From contig NC_086097.1 in NCBI RefSeq assembly GCF_963921235.1, forward strand, positions 3,968,001-4,032,000: DNA of 64,000 nucleotides, written 5' to 3'. The DNA is from Mobula hypostoma (Eukaryota). Positions 52,471-63,661 of this stretch are shown here, piece after piece (the first letter of the stretch is position 1; each line of letters begins with the position of its first letter). A program made the position numbers and the translations under genes. The notes under the pieces were generated by a model. The model searched no databases. It saw nothing but the letters and a program-made list of their open reading frames with translations, and had not been told where the DNA came from.

Positions 52471-52879
52471 TATGCCAGTGATGCTAAACCTGATTCTGAT
52501 TTTTTAACATTTGTAACTATGTTTTCTGCTATCATAACGAAATGTGTTGTGTGTGTCTTGTGCTGGGTATGACTGTGTTACACCGTGGCCCCGGAGGAAC
52601 GCTGTCTTGTTTGGCTGTATTCATGTCAATAGTTGAATGACAAACTTGAACTTGATTTTGCGGCTACTGGTACAAATCGGGAATCCGCGGCCGAATAATC
52701 CTGCTGGCCAGCATTGAAGCTGGCCGCGGTCGGTCGTTATCACGGAACTGCAGGCCGCACTGTCAGATCCGCACTGACGCAAGTAACAGTGATTTTAAAA
52801 TGCCTACGTGCTACTGCAGCGATTTGGTTTCTAAGATTCAGCAACTGCTCGTATATATAACTTCGTTCTCTTTACAAAT

Positions 52880-53345
52880 GTGTACAGGAAATGACATTAC
52901 TGCAATGCACATTTTACTGGCCTTCTAAAGCAATCAATTGACAAACTTCATCTCATTCAGAACGCCGCTGCTAGACTTTTAAATAGAACCAGGATGAGCG
53001 AACATATGACTCCCGTCCTAACTACTCTGCATTGGCTTCCTGTATCTTTAGAATTGATGTTACAGTGTATTTCACTTGTTTTTAAAGCTCTTAATGGTCT
53101 GGCACCGGAGTACATCAGAAAATCATTTTCGTTTTATAATCCTGCTCGAGTTCTCAGGTTTTCTTCCACCAGTCTCTTCAATTTATACTATATCCCTCAA
53201 AAGATAATTGCCAGTCAGCTGTTTTTTGAACTACGCTCCTAAACAGAGGAACTCAATACCTAAAACTATAAGGGATGCAGACCCAGTTGACACTTTTAAA
53301 CGTCAGCCCAAAACCAATTTATTCAACCTTGGTTTTAGCTAAAAT
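52880..53345 (+). mobile_element. L2 LINE 3' fragment
   Basis: QNAAARLL..EHMTPVLTTLHWLPV..KALNGLAPEY. Confidence 0.75.
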
Positions 53346-53354
53346 CATTTTTTT

Positions 53355-53700
53355 TGTGAGCAGGGCATGTCTTAGGCGTGAAGGATTCCCGAATCCCCAA
53401 GCAGCTGCTATATGGTGAGCTTTCGCTGGACACGAGGAATCGAAAAGAGGAACCTCGGAAGAGGTTCAAAGACTACATGAAAGCTAACAATCGCACACGC
53501 TGGGCTTGTAGCAACGCGGCTGGATCAGAGCACACAAGACTGGAGTAGCTGTCGAGTCTTGGTTAGTTAGAACCGCTCACAACAACCTGGAGGAGAGAAG
53601 CCGAGTAGTACTAATCGCTGACCGACAAAGAAAGAACGCATTGACAACAGCTCCACTTCCAGATCCAGCAGAGTTTTCACCTCCTTATTCAGGACGCCCG
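53355..53700 (+). mobile_element. RTE-type LINE 3' fragment
   Basis: AGHV..DSRIPKQLLYGEL..RKRFKD. Confidence 0.6.
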
Positions 53701-53735
53701 TGCCACTTGCAACTTGGACCCAGCTGCCACCTACG

Positions 53736-53870
53736 GTCCTGAGGAAGTGTTTCGGCCCAAAACGTCGACTGTTTATTAATTTCCATAGATGCTGCTTGAC
53801 CAGCCGAGTTCCTCCAGCATTTTCTGCGTGTTCCTCTGGATTTCCAGCTTCTGCACAATCTCTCGTGTTT
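53736..53870 (+). mobile_element. Older Penelope terminal-repeat copy with degenerate hammerhead
   Basis: GTCCTGAGGAAGTGTTTCGGCCCAAAACGTCGACTG plus tail. Confidence 0.65.
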
Positions 53871-54199
53871 ATGCACAAATTTAACTGTCATTGTCACAGA
53901 TGGCAGACAACCAATCACATTTTGTCTTTTATTTTCTATTTTATTTTTATGTTTGTACTTTGTCCCTTGTACGCGCATTCAGCTACTTAATTTGTATGAA
54001 TAGAGTTCGATAAATAAGATTATTATTATTGTATATTTATTTTTTTCTCAGCTTAAGCCGATAAAAGCCTGAGGTATGGGCATAGCTAAGCACATTCATT
54101 TCTAGGAACTTTCGTACTTTATCCCGAACTACTTCATCTGTATGAAAAATGCTCTATAAATAAAGTTATTATTAAACAATGTTGAATCGTTTCTCTCAG

Positions 54200-55128
54200 G
54201 GAGAGGACGAACACGAGTGCGGGGGGGGGTTTGTCCGCTGCCGCTTTCCGTAGCGCCTGGTTGCCTAGGTGACGGCCTCGGTGCCGGGGTGACGGAGGGT
54301 GGGAACGGATGACGGTCCCCATGCGGTGGTGGCTTCACCTCCTGCCGATGCCGCCCGCCAGCAGAGCCGCTGGATGAGGCTGCGTGTCACGCAGAGAACA
54401 GATTGCCGCAGGCCGTGCGGAGTTTGGGCCAGAGTTCTCGGGATCGGTCGCTGATCAGTTGGGTCGGGGAGGAGGGAGACGCAGGCGGCGTCACCCCGAC
54501 TGTCTCCCCTTCGAAGGTGGACAGGGACGGCCACAGCAGCAGGCGATGATGCTGGTGTGGTCCGAGAACCGCTGAGCTTTCCTCCTCTGCCTCTCCCCTC
54601 CATCCCGTACTGATCCCCCTCCTCCTCCTCCCTTTCATCCTTCTACCCCTCCTTCAGCCTCCCTCCCTCCAATCCTCCCCCCTTTCCTCCCTTCACCCTC
54701 CCTCTCTCCCCCTCACATCCTCCCTCCCCCTCCGATCTCCTCACCCTTCCTCCCCTTCTTCTTCCCTCTCCTTCTCCATCTCCCACTCTTTCTTCCCTTC
54801 CCTCCCTCCCTCCCTACTTCTTTCCACCTCCCTCCCCCTTCCCTTTCTCCTCCCTCTCCTCCTCGCTCCCTCTCTAGACACCTCATCCCTCTCTCTCCTC
54901 CTCCCTCTCTCTCCCCTCCCTCCCCGTCTCTCCCTCCTCTCTCCCTCCCCTCTCTTCCCTCTCTCGCCCCCTCTCCATCCTCTCTCCCCTCCCCCTCGCC
55001 CCCTCTCTCCTCCTCCCTCTCTCTCTCTCCCATCCTCCCCCTCTCCCCCTCTCTTCCCCCTCCTCCCCTCTCTCTCCCCACTCTCTGCCTCCCGCCCCCG
55101 CCGCATTCTGTGCACCGGCGACGGAAGA
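54200..55128 (+). promoter_or_regulatory. CpG island and 5' region of PPP4R4
   Basis: CpG-rich stretch 54200-54575, then a pyrimidine tract and GC boxes (CCCGCCCCCGCC) just before the ATG. Confidence 0.65.
54577..55092. repeat. About 515-bp polypyrimidine/polypurine (CT-rich) low-complexity tract
   Basis: Almost exclusively C and T on the plus strand. Confidence 0.95.
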
Positions 55129-55218
55129 ATGGATCTGAACCCGGAGAATATGTTCACTCAGATGGGAGATTTACAAGAACTTAGTTTCATTGAAAGACCC
55201 GTGCGAAGATACCTGAAG
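55129..55218 (+). CDS. PPP4R4: Protein phosphatase 4 regulatory subunit 4, coding exon 1; absent from the ORF track
   Basis: MDLNPENMFTQMGDLQELSFIERPVRRYLK|gtatgt matches the recalled PPP4R4 N-terminus (..MEDLQELTIIERPVRRSLK). Synteny with DDX24 agrees. Confidence 0.93.
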
Positions 55219-55814
55219 GTATGTACCTGGGACAACGAATAATAGATCATATTTTAAATCGCATTTATTGATCATTGCTCCGCTTGCAATAAGCAAGTAC
55301 TGTATAACGGACGGTCCAGTTGCAATGCATTCGCTCCCTGACCCGACGGCGCTCCGAATGATTTGAGAAGGAAATTTAACTACCTGGGATAATGGGATTC
55401 AATCCAATGTTTTGTAACCACAAGGCAGTGAAATGAATTGGGAAAATATCAGCAAATGAAACATTTAAACCCAGTGTCGCAATTGGCATGGTTAACGAAT
55501 TAGTTATTCTAACGGCAAACCAACACTATAATATGGAGTACCCGTATCGTGCTTATTTACGGAGCATAAAACGTTAGACTTACTCATGTTCTACAGATAT
55601 GAAATCGTTCACAAATGTTACCAATAAATCGATCAGGATAAATTTCAGTTCGCATTTCAATGTTAATTCAGTAGCATTAATGATGGAGAGATGTCAATCA
55701 TTCACTGAAAGAATTTCTGGTGCTTTACAAACTGGGTATCTTACACATAAAGCACATCTCACCTCAGTCTCCCTCCTCTGCACAAATAAGTCAACTGTAA
55801 ATCTGACACTTTAA

Positions 55815-56238
55815 AAAGAACATTTGCTGCAGTTATGATTCTGGGAGTGAAATGATTAACATCTGAGGAGCATTTGATAGCTCTGGGTAGGTACTGGCAG
55901 GAGTTTGGAAGAATGGAGGGGGAGGGGCTGGAACCTAGGACCAGATGGCACAGCCTCAGAATGGAGGGCCGTCCATTTAGAACAGAGATGAGAAGGATTT
56001 TTTTAGCCAGAGAGTGGTGAATCTGTGCAATTTGTCGCCACAGATGGCTGTTGAGAGCAAGTCTTTGGGTATATTTAAAGCAGAGGTTGGTAGGTTCTTG
56101 ATTTGTCAGGGTGTCAAAGGTTACAGGGAGAAGGCAGGATAATGTGGTTGAGAGGGATAATAAATCAGCCATGATGCATGGCAGAGCAGACTTGATGGAC
56201 TGAATGGCCTAATTCTGATCCTCTATCTTATGGTCTCA
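55815..56238 (+). mobile_element. CR1 3' fragment in PPP4R4 intron 1
   Basis: Homologous to the other CR1 tails in the window. Confidence 0.8.
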
Positions 56239-56704
56239 TGAAATGTTTGTCCTGTGAAATGCATATACAGCCACATTCATAAATTCCTTAAGAGGTTAAA
56301 AGTTACCATGTTCTTTGACTGGAACCTGTATGTCTTGTATGTCTCCCTAGCTGTGTATAGGGAGTGGATGATCATGTACCAATAGCAAATTCAAAATTCT
56401 GAACCTTGGGCACATTGTTACCAGTGTATCAGAGGTGCTGCTATATTTAGTTGATGATGATTTACCTTCCTGACGACTTCACACCAATGAATTTCTTGTA
56501 CTGTATAAATAAATAGGTAGTCAGAGCTGTGCTTACCTTCGACAATTCAGATTAATTTTCTTCCATATTGACAAAAATAAGTTCCAAAATATAAACAGTT
56601 CTGTATAATTGTACATAAATTTCAGAAATTTCAGAAATTGTACATAAATTTCAGAAATAGAAAAAGCTTCTATTTTAAAAACAGTCACAAATGTTGATGC
56701 TGAG

Positions 56705-57340
56705 ATATTGTACATCCTTGGACACATCATCAAAGATGTAACCTGGGGTCATCTGCTATTTCAGTCTTTGAGCATCAGCCTCTCTTGCCTAGCGACCCAG
56801 CCAGGGTTGATCAGGCCCTGGCTTGAGTCCCAGCAGCATTGGTCGACAGGTCAAATGTCTTGATCCATAGCCAACAGGAGGCTCACTCAGCAGCCTATGT
56901 TATGGTCCTGGTGGCTCTTTTCTCTGCAGCCCCTGTAATGCCAAGGAGATAGTAGGCTCTGCCCAGTGAGCAACCAGAAAACCTGTACCTCTATAATGTC
57001 ACAGCGTTCCCTCCACCCCTGGCTCTGGCACTGCTCTACCAGCTCATAGTACTTGGCTTTCTTATGCTCAAACGCATCCTTGATCCAGTCTTTCCAAGGC
57101 ACTATGCATGACGATCTGCTTTGAGGTTTCTGGGAAAATGACCATGTCAGGACTCAGGGATGATGATGCGATGAAGTCAGGGAACTTTAATTGCTTGCTG
57201 GGATTGACTTTCAGTTGCCAGTCATACAGTGGTGAGCAAGCCTGCTGGTGATCTGGTCTGAGGCTGTGATTGGTCTCCAGCTTTGACAAAGGCTGTGGGT
57301 TTTCTGGGTTGGCAGAGCTTCCTTTGGAGAGGCTTTTCCA
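56705..57340 (-). mobile_element. Hero-clade (restriction-like endonuclease) non-LTR retrotransposon 3' fragment
   Basis: DWQLKV...LKFP...PDMVI...PWKDWIKDAFEHKKAKYYELVEQCQSQGW...IEV is an RLE domain. Confidence 0.75.
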
Positions 57341-57437
57341 TTACAGTTTATTTTATATCAAATCCTTTTAATAATTACTTATTGCCACCCAGTTATTCCG
57401 TATCAATAACATCTTAAATATCTATTTATATTTTTAG

Positions 57438-57511
57438 ACTCCAGAGGAGATAGAAAGATTGACAGTTGATGAAAAGCTCAATGATATTGAAAGGGCTGTC
57501 TATCTTCTGAG
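57438..57511 (+). CDS. PPP4R4: PPP4R4 coding exon 2
   Basis: tttttag|TPEEIERLTVDEKLNDIERAVYLL(S)|gtaggt; 74 nt, in phase with exon 1. Confidence 0.94.
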
Positions 57512-57689
57512 GTAGGTTACAAATTCCAATTTCCTAACACTGAACAGGAAGTGAAATGTCTGAAACTGTAATTGTAATTAAAACCAATAATGTCATATTG
57601 TATTTATAAAAGTTGGAAGATCATTTACTTATTTTGCAAAGTCATCAGCCAGTGGTGTTTTTAAATCTGGTACTACTTTTTGAGGGGTA

Positions 57690-58040
57690 GAGATTCATCT
57701 CCAAAACAAGGTGTAAGGCACTCCTTCCCTCTGCTAGCCCGGAGGTCAAGCTTGGGCAAGTTGTAACACCTGCTTAGCCCCTCCGATCAGGGTCACGTGA
57801 AGCCATGGGACTAGCTGGTGGATGGTCGTATGAGCAACCGGTGCATTTCATAAGTCTTGGTTATGCGATCAGTCTCTAAAGAGTATTGATAATGGCTGGG
57901 GTCACCCATCTTGTAAAGACACTGCCCAGAAGAAGGCAATGGGAAACCACTTCTGTTAAAAAAATATTGCCAAGAACAATGATAAATCATGATCGCCCAT
58001 GTCATATGACACAACACATAATGATGAAGATGATGATGAC
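57690..58040 (+). mobile_element. Bipartite RTE-derived non-autonomous element
   Basis: AGAAGGCAATGGGAAACCAC (compare RTE 5' UTR at 1452) joined to CATGATCGCCCA (compare RTE 3' end at 4372); (GAT)n tail. Confidence 0.65.
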
Positions 58041-59116
58041 TATTTTTGGCCATAATACATGAGTAGAATTAGGCCATTCGGTCCATCAAGTTTGCTTCAA
58101 CATGGCTTGTTTATTATCCCTCTTTACTTCATTCACCTGCCTTCTCTCCATAACCTTTGATGCCCTGTCTAATCAAGAACCTATCGATCTCTGCTTTAAA
58201 TACACTCAATGACAGCCTGCACAGTTGTCTGTGGCAATGAATTCCACAGATTCACCACTCCCTGGCTAAAGGAATGTTCCTTATCTCTGTTGTAAATAGA
58301 CATCCCTCAATTCTGAGGTTGTGCCATGTGGTCCTAGACCCCCTTGCTATAAGAAAAATCCTCTCCACATCCACTCTATCTAGGCCTTTATCTATTTGAT
58401 AGGTTTCAAAGGGATCCCCCTTCCTTCTCAGCTTCAGTGAGTATAGGCCCAAAGTCATCAAACACTCCTTGTATGTTAACCCTTTCATTCCTGGGATCCT
58501 TCTCATTAATGTCCTCTGGTCGCTCTCCAATGCGAACACATCTTAGATAAGGGGCCCTTAACTGCTCACAACACCCCCAAGTGTAGTCTGACCAATGCCT
58601 TGTAAAGCCTCAGCATTACATCCTTGCTTTCATATTCTAGTCCTCTCTAACATCGCATTTGCTTTCCTTACCGCTGACTCAATCTGCAAGTTAACCTTCA
58701 GGGAAACATAACGTGCATGAGGACTCCCAAGTGCCTTTGCACCGCTGATATTTAAATTTCCTCCTCATTTAGAAAATAGCCTATGTCTTTATTCCTTTTG
58801 TCAAAGTGCATGATTATTATACATTATATTCCATCTGCTATTTCTTTGCCCATTTTCCCAATCTGTTTAAGTCCTTTTGCAGACACCCTGCTCCCTCAAG
58901 ACTAACTACCCCTCCACCTATCTTCATATCATCCACAAACTTGGCCACAAGCCATCAATTTCATTATCCAAATCACTGAAATATAATGTGAAACAAAGGG
59001 TCCCAAAATTGACCCCTGTGGAACACAACTTGTCACCAGCAGACAACCAGAAAAGGCCCCCTTTATTCCCACTCTTAGCCTCTTGCAAATCAGCCAATTT
59101 TCTTAACGTCTTTCAA

Positions 59117-59330
59117 CCCTTGCAATGTCCATTAGGGTCTTTTTACCCTTGCAGTGTCCAGTAGAGTCTTTTTACCCTTGCAGTGTCCAGCAGGGTCTTT
59201 TTACCCTTGCAGTGTCTGTTAGGGTCTGTTTACCCTTCCAGTGTCCATTAGGATCTTTTTACCCTTACAATATCCATTAGGGTCTTTATATCCTTTCAGT
59301 GTCCATTAGGGTCTTTTTACCTTTGCAGTT
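59117..59330. repeat. Minisatellite, about 28-29 bp unit, about 7 copies
   Basis: CCTTGCAGTGTCCATTAGGGTCTTTTTAC repeated. Confidence 0.92.
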
Positions 59331-60617
59331 TCTTCACTCTACCCACAAGGATTTTATATTTTCTGATCATACATCACCTCTTTCTAAGGATTTGATTTCA
59401 TTTTTTTTTACCAACACAGCCAAGCTATTCTCTCTGCCTACCTACTTGTCCTTTTGATACAATGTGTTTCCTTAGATGCTAAACTCCCAACCATAATTTT
59501 CTTTCAGCTAGAACTCACAGATGCCCACATCGTACCTGCCAACCACTAACTGTGAAGCAAGATCATCTACCTTATTCCCTACACTGCGTGCATTCAAATA
59601 TAACACTTTCATTCCTGTATTCATCACTTTTTAAAAAAAATTTAGTCCCCTGTTACACTTTAATCCATTCCACTGACTGCAATTTTGCCCTATCATCTGT
59701 CTTTTCTTCCTCACAGTCTCACTACACACCACATCTAATTGTATACCAACTGCTTCATCCTCAGCTAACACTCCAGCTCCCATCTCTCTGCCAGATTAGT
59801 TTAAACCCTCCCCAACAGCTCTAGCAAACCTGCTTGCAAGAATATTGGTCCCCCTCAGGTTCATGAGTAACCCATCCTTTTTATACAGGTCATACCTTCC
59901 CCAGAAGAGATCCCAAAGATCCAGAAATTTGAAATCCTGTCCCTTGCACCAATTCTTCAGCCACACATTCATCTAGCAAATCATCCCACTCTTACTCTCA
60001 CTGGTATGTGGCACAGGCAGAAATCCAGAGATTACAACCTGGATGTCCTGCTTTTCAGCTTTCTACTTAACTCCCCATATTATCTCTCCAGGATCCCCTC
60101 CCATTTCCTACCTATTGTTGATACCAATATGTCCAACTGTTCACCCTCCCCCTTTAGAATACTGTAGACCTGATCTGAGAGATCTCTGACCCTGGCACCT
60201 GGGAGGCAACATGCCATCAAGGTGACTCTTTCATGTCCATAGAATCTGCTTTTTGTTCCTCTAACTATGGAATTCCCAATCACTACTTCACTCCTATTCT
60301 CCCCTCTTCCCTCTGAGCCAGACTCAGTGCCAGAGACTTGACGGCTGCAGCTTCCCCCTTGTAGGTTCCCCCCAACAACCTTGTCCAAAGTGGTATACTT
60401 ATTATTGAGTGGTATGGACACAGGGGTACTCTGCTTATTTCCTTTCCCGCTCCTGATGGTCACCCAGGTACCTGCCTCCTACAACTTGGGGTGACTACCT
60501 CCCTGTAGCTTCTACCTATCACCACCTCAGTTTCCTGAGTAAGCCGCAGGTCATCCAGCGGCGCTCCAGTTCCTTAACACAGTGTCGAAGGAGCTGCAGC
60601 TCGATGCACATCGCACA

Positions 60618-63493
60618 TAGTCCGCGAGCCAAGACCCCAAATTTGGGCCACTGGTACCATCTGGGGGGAATAATTCTTATAGCGATTTTTGGCAAGGTAT
60701 ACACCCCTAGTGCTAGAGAATATGTGATAGCATTGCAGTGATGGTGGCTTGCATGGTAACCGCCATGCTATAAGAACCATGATCCTATGGTGCTTTGCCT
60801 ATGATAAGATGAATTATGCCAGGTACCTGTCCCCTTACTTTGTTCAGATGATGAACCTCCCAGAGAAGAATCCTTCTCTGTCTGAGGCCTTCAAGACAGG
60901 CCAATTCTCAGTGCAGCTGTCAAGTAACAACCTCTTTGGGCAGATCCCTGTGGACCAGGCTATTGAAGCCACAGTGAACAAAGACACACAGACTCCTGGA
61001 GGCACATCACGGTTCAGCCTGAATGCTGGAGCTATCAAGCTTTACTACGTAACAGCTGAGCACGCAGTGCATTCCTGGGACAGTTAAGGGAGATGGTGCA
61101 AGGCAACAAATCAGAGCTTTGTCACATGGAGCTGCAGCGGCCAAAAATCCAGAAAGATGAGGAAGCAGTTTCAGCAGTGGTTAGCCTCATACATGGTCAA
61201 CCCATTTGCAGAGAAGCAGGACCTCATTAGCATCTCTACGGCAAAGGCAGCCCCCAAGGACATTGCCTCCAACCTGATGAAGGCATATGAGATTGGTGAG
61301 CAATGCTATGCAGCCTTCAAGGATGAGAGACTAGAGGAAGACCCACCAGCAAAGAAATTCCATGACCCAATGAAAACCAAGAAGCTGAAACATTCAGTGA
61401 TATGTGTAAGAAGCAAGAAGTAAAGTCATATGGGAGGGCGATCATCTTGAAAGCAGACAGGTCTTTGTTTGGACGCATCATAGTGATGGCACAAGGGCGC
61501 ACTCTACATATGGAGGATATCCTTTCTCATCCCCTTGGACCATTGCCCTGGGCCTTGTCCACACCAGAAGGATTGCTGAGAAAGACAAATGAAGCTACTT
61601 TAGCCACAACCTTGCAGAAAAATGTAGCAGTAGAAGAGCAACTCCCAGGAAACTCTGCTACAGTGGTTGATGGAATGAACTTGGTCCAATGAGTGAAAGG
61701 TGATCAAGTTCAAGTGCAGTTTGGTGGGACTAGGTGAGAGAAAGCATTTGGCACGGACTAGAAGGGCCTAGAGAGCCTGTTTCTGTGCTGTAATTGTTAT
61801 ATGTTTATATAAATTACTTTCAGAGATGTTGCCACAACAGTTCTGGGTATGGCTCTGAGGGAAGGCAGTCAGAGTAGCAGAATAGAGAGGTCGACTGTAC
61901 CTCTTCCTAGAGATGCTGCCTGGCCTGCTGCGTTCACCAGCAACTTTGATGTGGGTAGCAGAATAGATGTTGTGTTTGACACATACAAGGAGAACTCTAT
62001 TAAGAATAGTGACAGATCTCTACGGGGTGAAGAGACTGGTCATGAGTTGCAAGGTATCACAGGCACACAGATGGTGAGGCAGTGGAGGAGCTTCCTGACC
62101 AAAGTCAGTAACAAAAGTAGTCTCATTAGATTCATAGTCCATGAATGGAGGAAGGCAGAGTACAGAGCAAAGCCACAGGAGAAGATTCTGTATGCAACTG
62201 TGAATGACAAATGTTACAGAATCACATCTCAAGGCAGTGAGGAGGTGTCAGCTCTTCAGTGTCAACACTGTGCCGCCTACTTCTCCATGCTGCCCATGCC
62301 ACGAGAGGGATACCAATCTGTAGTGATCTGCTCAGAAAACACAGATGTCTTTATCATGAATTTAGCATTTTGTGACAAGATTGAGGCCCCATTGTTCCAG
62401 AAGTGTGGCACTAGAACCCGTACAAGGCTTGTAGACATCAGGAAGGTTGCTGCCACTGTTGGCATAGAGGGCTCTCATCGGGTTGCACGCATATACAGGA
62501 TGTGACACTGTAAGCGCTTTTGCAGGCAAAGGGAAGACAAGTGCCCTAAAACTTCTGACCAGCAACAGGGAAACTCAGGACACATTCTTGAAGTTGGGTC
62601 AGGAATGGGACCTCTCCCCAGAACTGATGGACAAATTTTCTGTGCCAAAAAAGGGTGAAATCGAAAGTCATCAACTCCCACCATGCAAAGACTGCTTAAC
62701 AAAACATGCACAGCGAGCCAACTGCCAGGCTGGTATATGGAGAAGATGTTTGGAGAAGGACCCACAAGCGCCAAGCCCTGTTGGCAGAGGATGGAAGATG
62801 GAGAGAGAAGAGGAAGCTGAACAGTTGGTGGTGCACTGGATGGAAGGCCAGCCAGCACCCGATGCCGTCCTGGATCTACTGGCCTGTAACTGTCCAAAAA
62901 AATGTTCCCTCCCAAGATGTATGTGTGTTGCAAATGGCCTCAGGTGTACTGACATGTGTAGACTGGCAGACTGTGAGAACCAGGCATCCACCTCAGAGTG
63001 TGGAAAGTTCAGGCGAAGATGTGGAAGACTTGGAAAATTATTATGATTATTAATAGGTTATGAAAGTATGGAAAACAAAGTATGGAAAGCAGTCTTTGAT
63101 TAAGTATATTCATTTTACAACCAAATGGGGCCTAGGTTATGGCCGTGTGGAACCCCACATTTGTTATTGTACAGTAATTCTACATGCTATGACAAAAGCT
63201 TAAGATTGTTTTGATTTGATACAACAAAATGGAAAATATCATGACATTGATAAAACAGAAATCTCTCCAAATGAGGTGTTTTACCTTTTGGGGGGTGGGG
63301 TAACATTTTCTGCTGTACTGATGTTAATATGGAATATATACGAAAACTGATTACTTATTTGAAGTAATAAAGCTACCACTGGTGCAATGCTATCACATAT
63401 TTTCTAACACTGGAGATGTATACCTTGCCAAAAATCACTATGAGCATTATTCCCCTCAGATGGTACCGACCAACCCTACTGGCTCACGGACTA
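60618..63493 (+). mobile_element. AcademX-type DNA transposon (deleted, frameshifted)
   Basis: About 120-bp imperfect TIRs TAGTCCGYGAGCC...; 3-bp TSD ACA; XPG/FEN1-like motifs VVDGM, DVVFDTY, NTDV, HAYTGCDTVSAFAGKGK; C-terminal Cys cluster CNC..C..C.C..CTDMC..C. Confidence 0.8.
61887..61954 (+). mobile_element. 68-bp Penelope-derived insertion in the Academ ORF
   Basis: 13-bp TSD GTAGCAGAATAGA at 61874-61886 and 61955-61967. Confidence 0.8.
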
Positions 63494-63576
63494 ACAGATG
63501 TAGTTACCACGGAGACTAAGGTCTCTGAGAGTTCCCATATCTTGCACAAAGAAAATACTACAACCTCTGGATTCAT

Positions 63577-63661
63577 GCAACACACATAAAAGTTGCTGGT
63601 GAACGCAGCAGGCCAGGCAGCATCTATTGGAGGAGGTACCGTCGACGTTTCGGGCCGAGAC
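63577..63661 (-). mobile_element. Penelope terminal-repeat fragment
   Basis: GCAACACACATAAAAGTTGCTGGTGAACGCAGC...GTCGACGTTTCGGGCCGAGAC. Confidence 0.75.

Larger units (their letters stand above)
58060..63570 (-). mobile_element. Internally deleted CR1 including ORF1 remnant, split by the Academ element
   Basis: CR1 tail at about 58060; ORF1 esterase-like VIGNSIVRG..CCLPGARV at 60080-60463; host sequence resumes after 63493. Confidence 0.75.

Noticed and set aside
54713..55157. Glu/Arg/Gly-rich ORFs on the minus strand
   Set aside because: Translation artefacts of the polypurine tract.
56755..56790. CTGATG...GAAA hammerhead-like motif in the Hero 3' UTR (minus strand)
   Set aside because: Core incomplete (CTGATGC rather than CTGANGA) and no supporting stems.
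59117..59330. CRISPR-like periodic repeat of about 29 bp
   Set aside because: Units are contiguous with no unique spacers, there are no cas genes, and the context is eukaryotic.
62483..63046. Tesmin/CXC-like Cys-rich ORF as a host gene exon
   Set aside because: It lies inside TIRs and a TSD, colinear with frameshifted transposon ORFs, and does not resemble PPP4R4.
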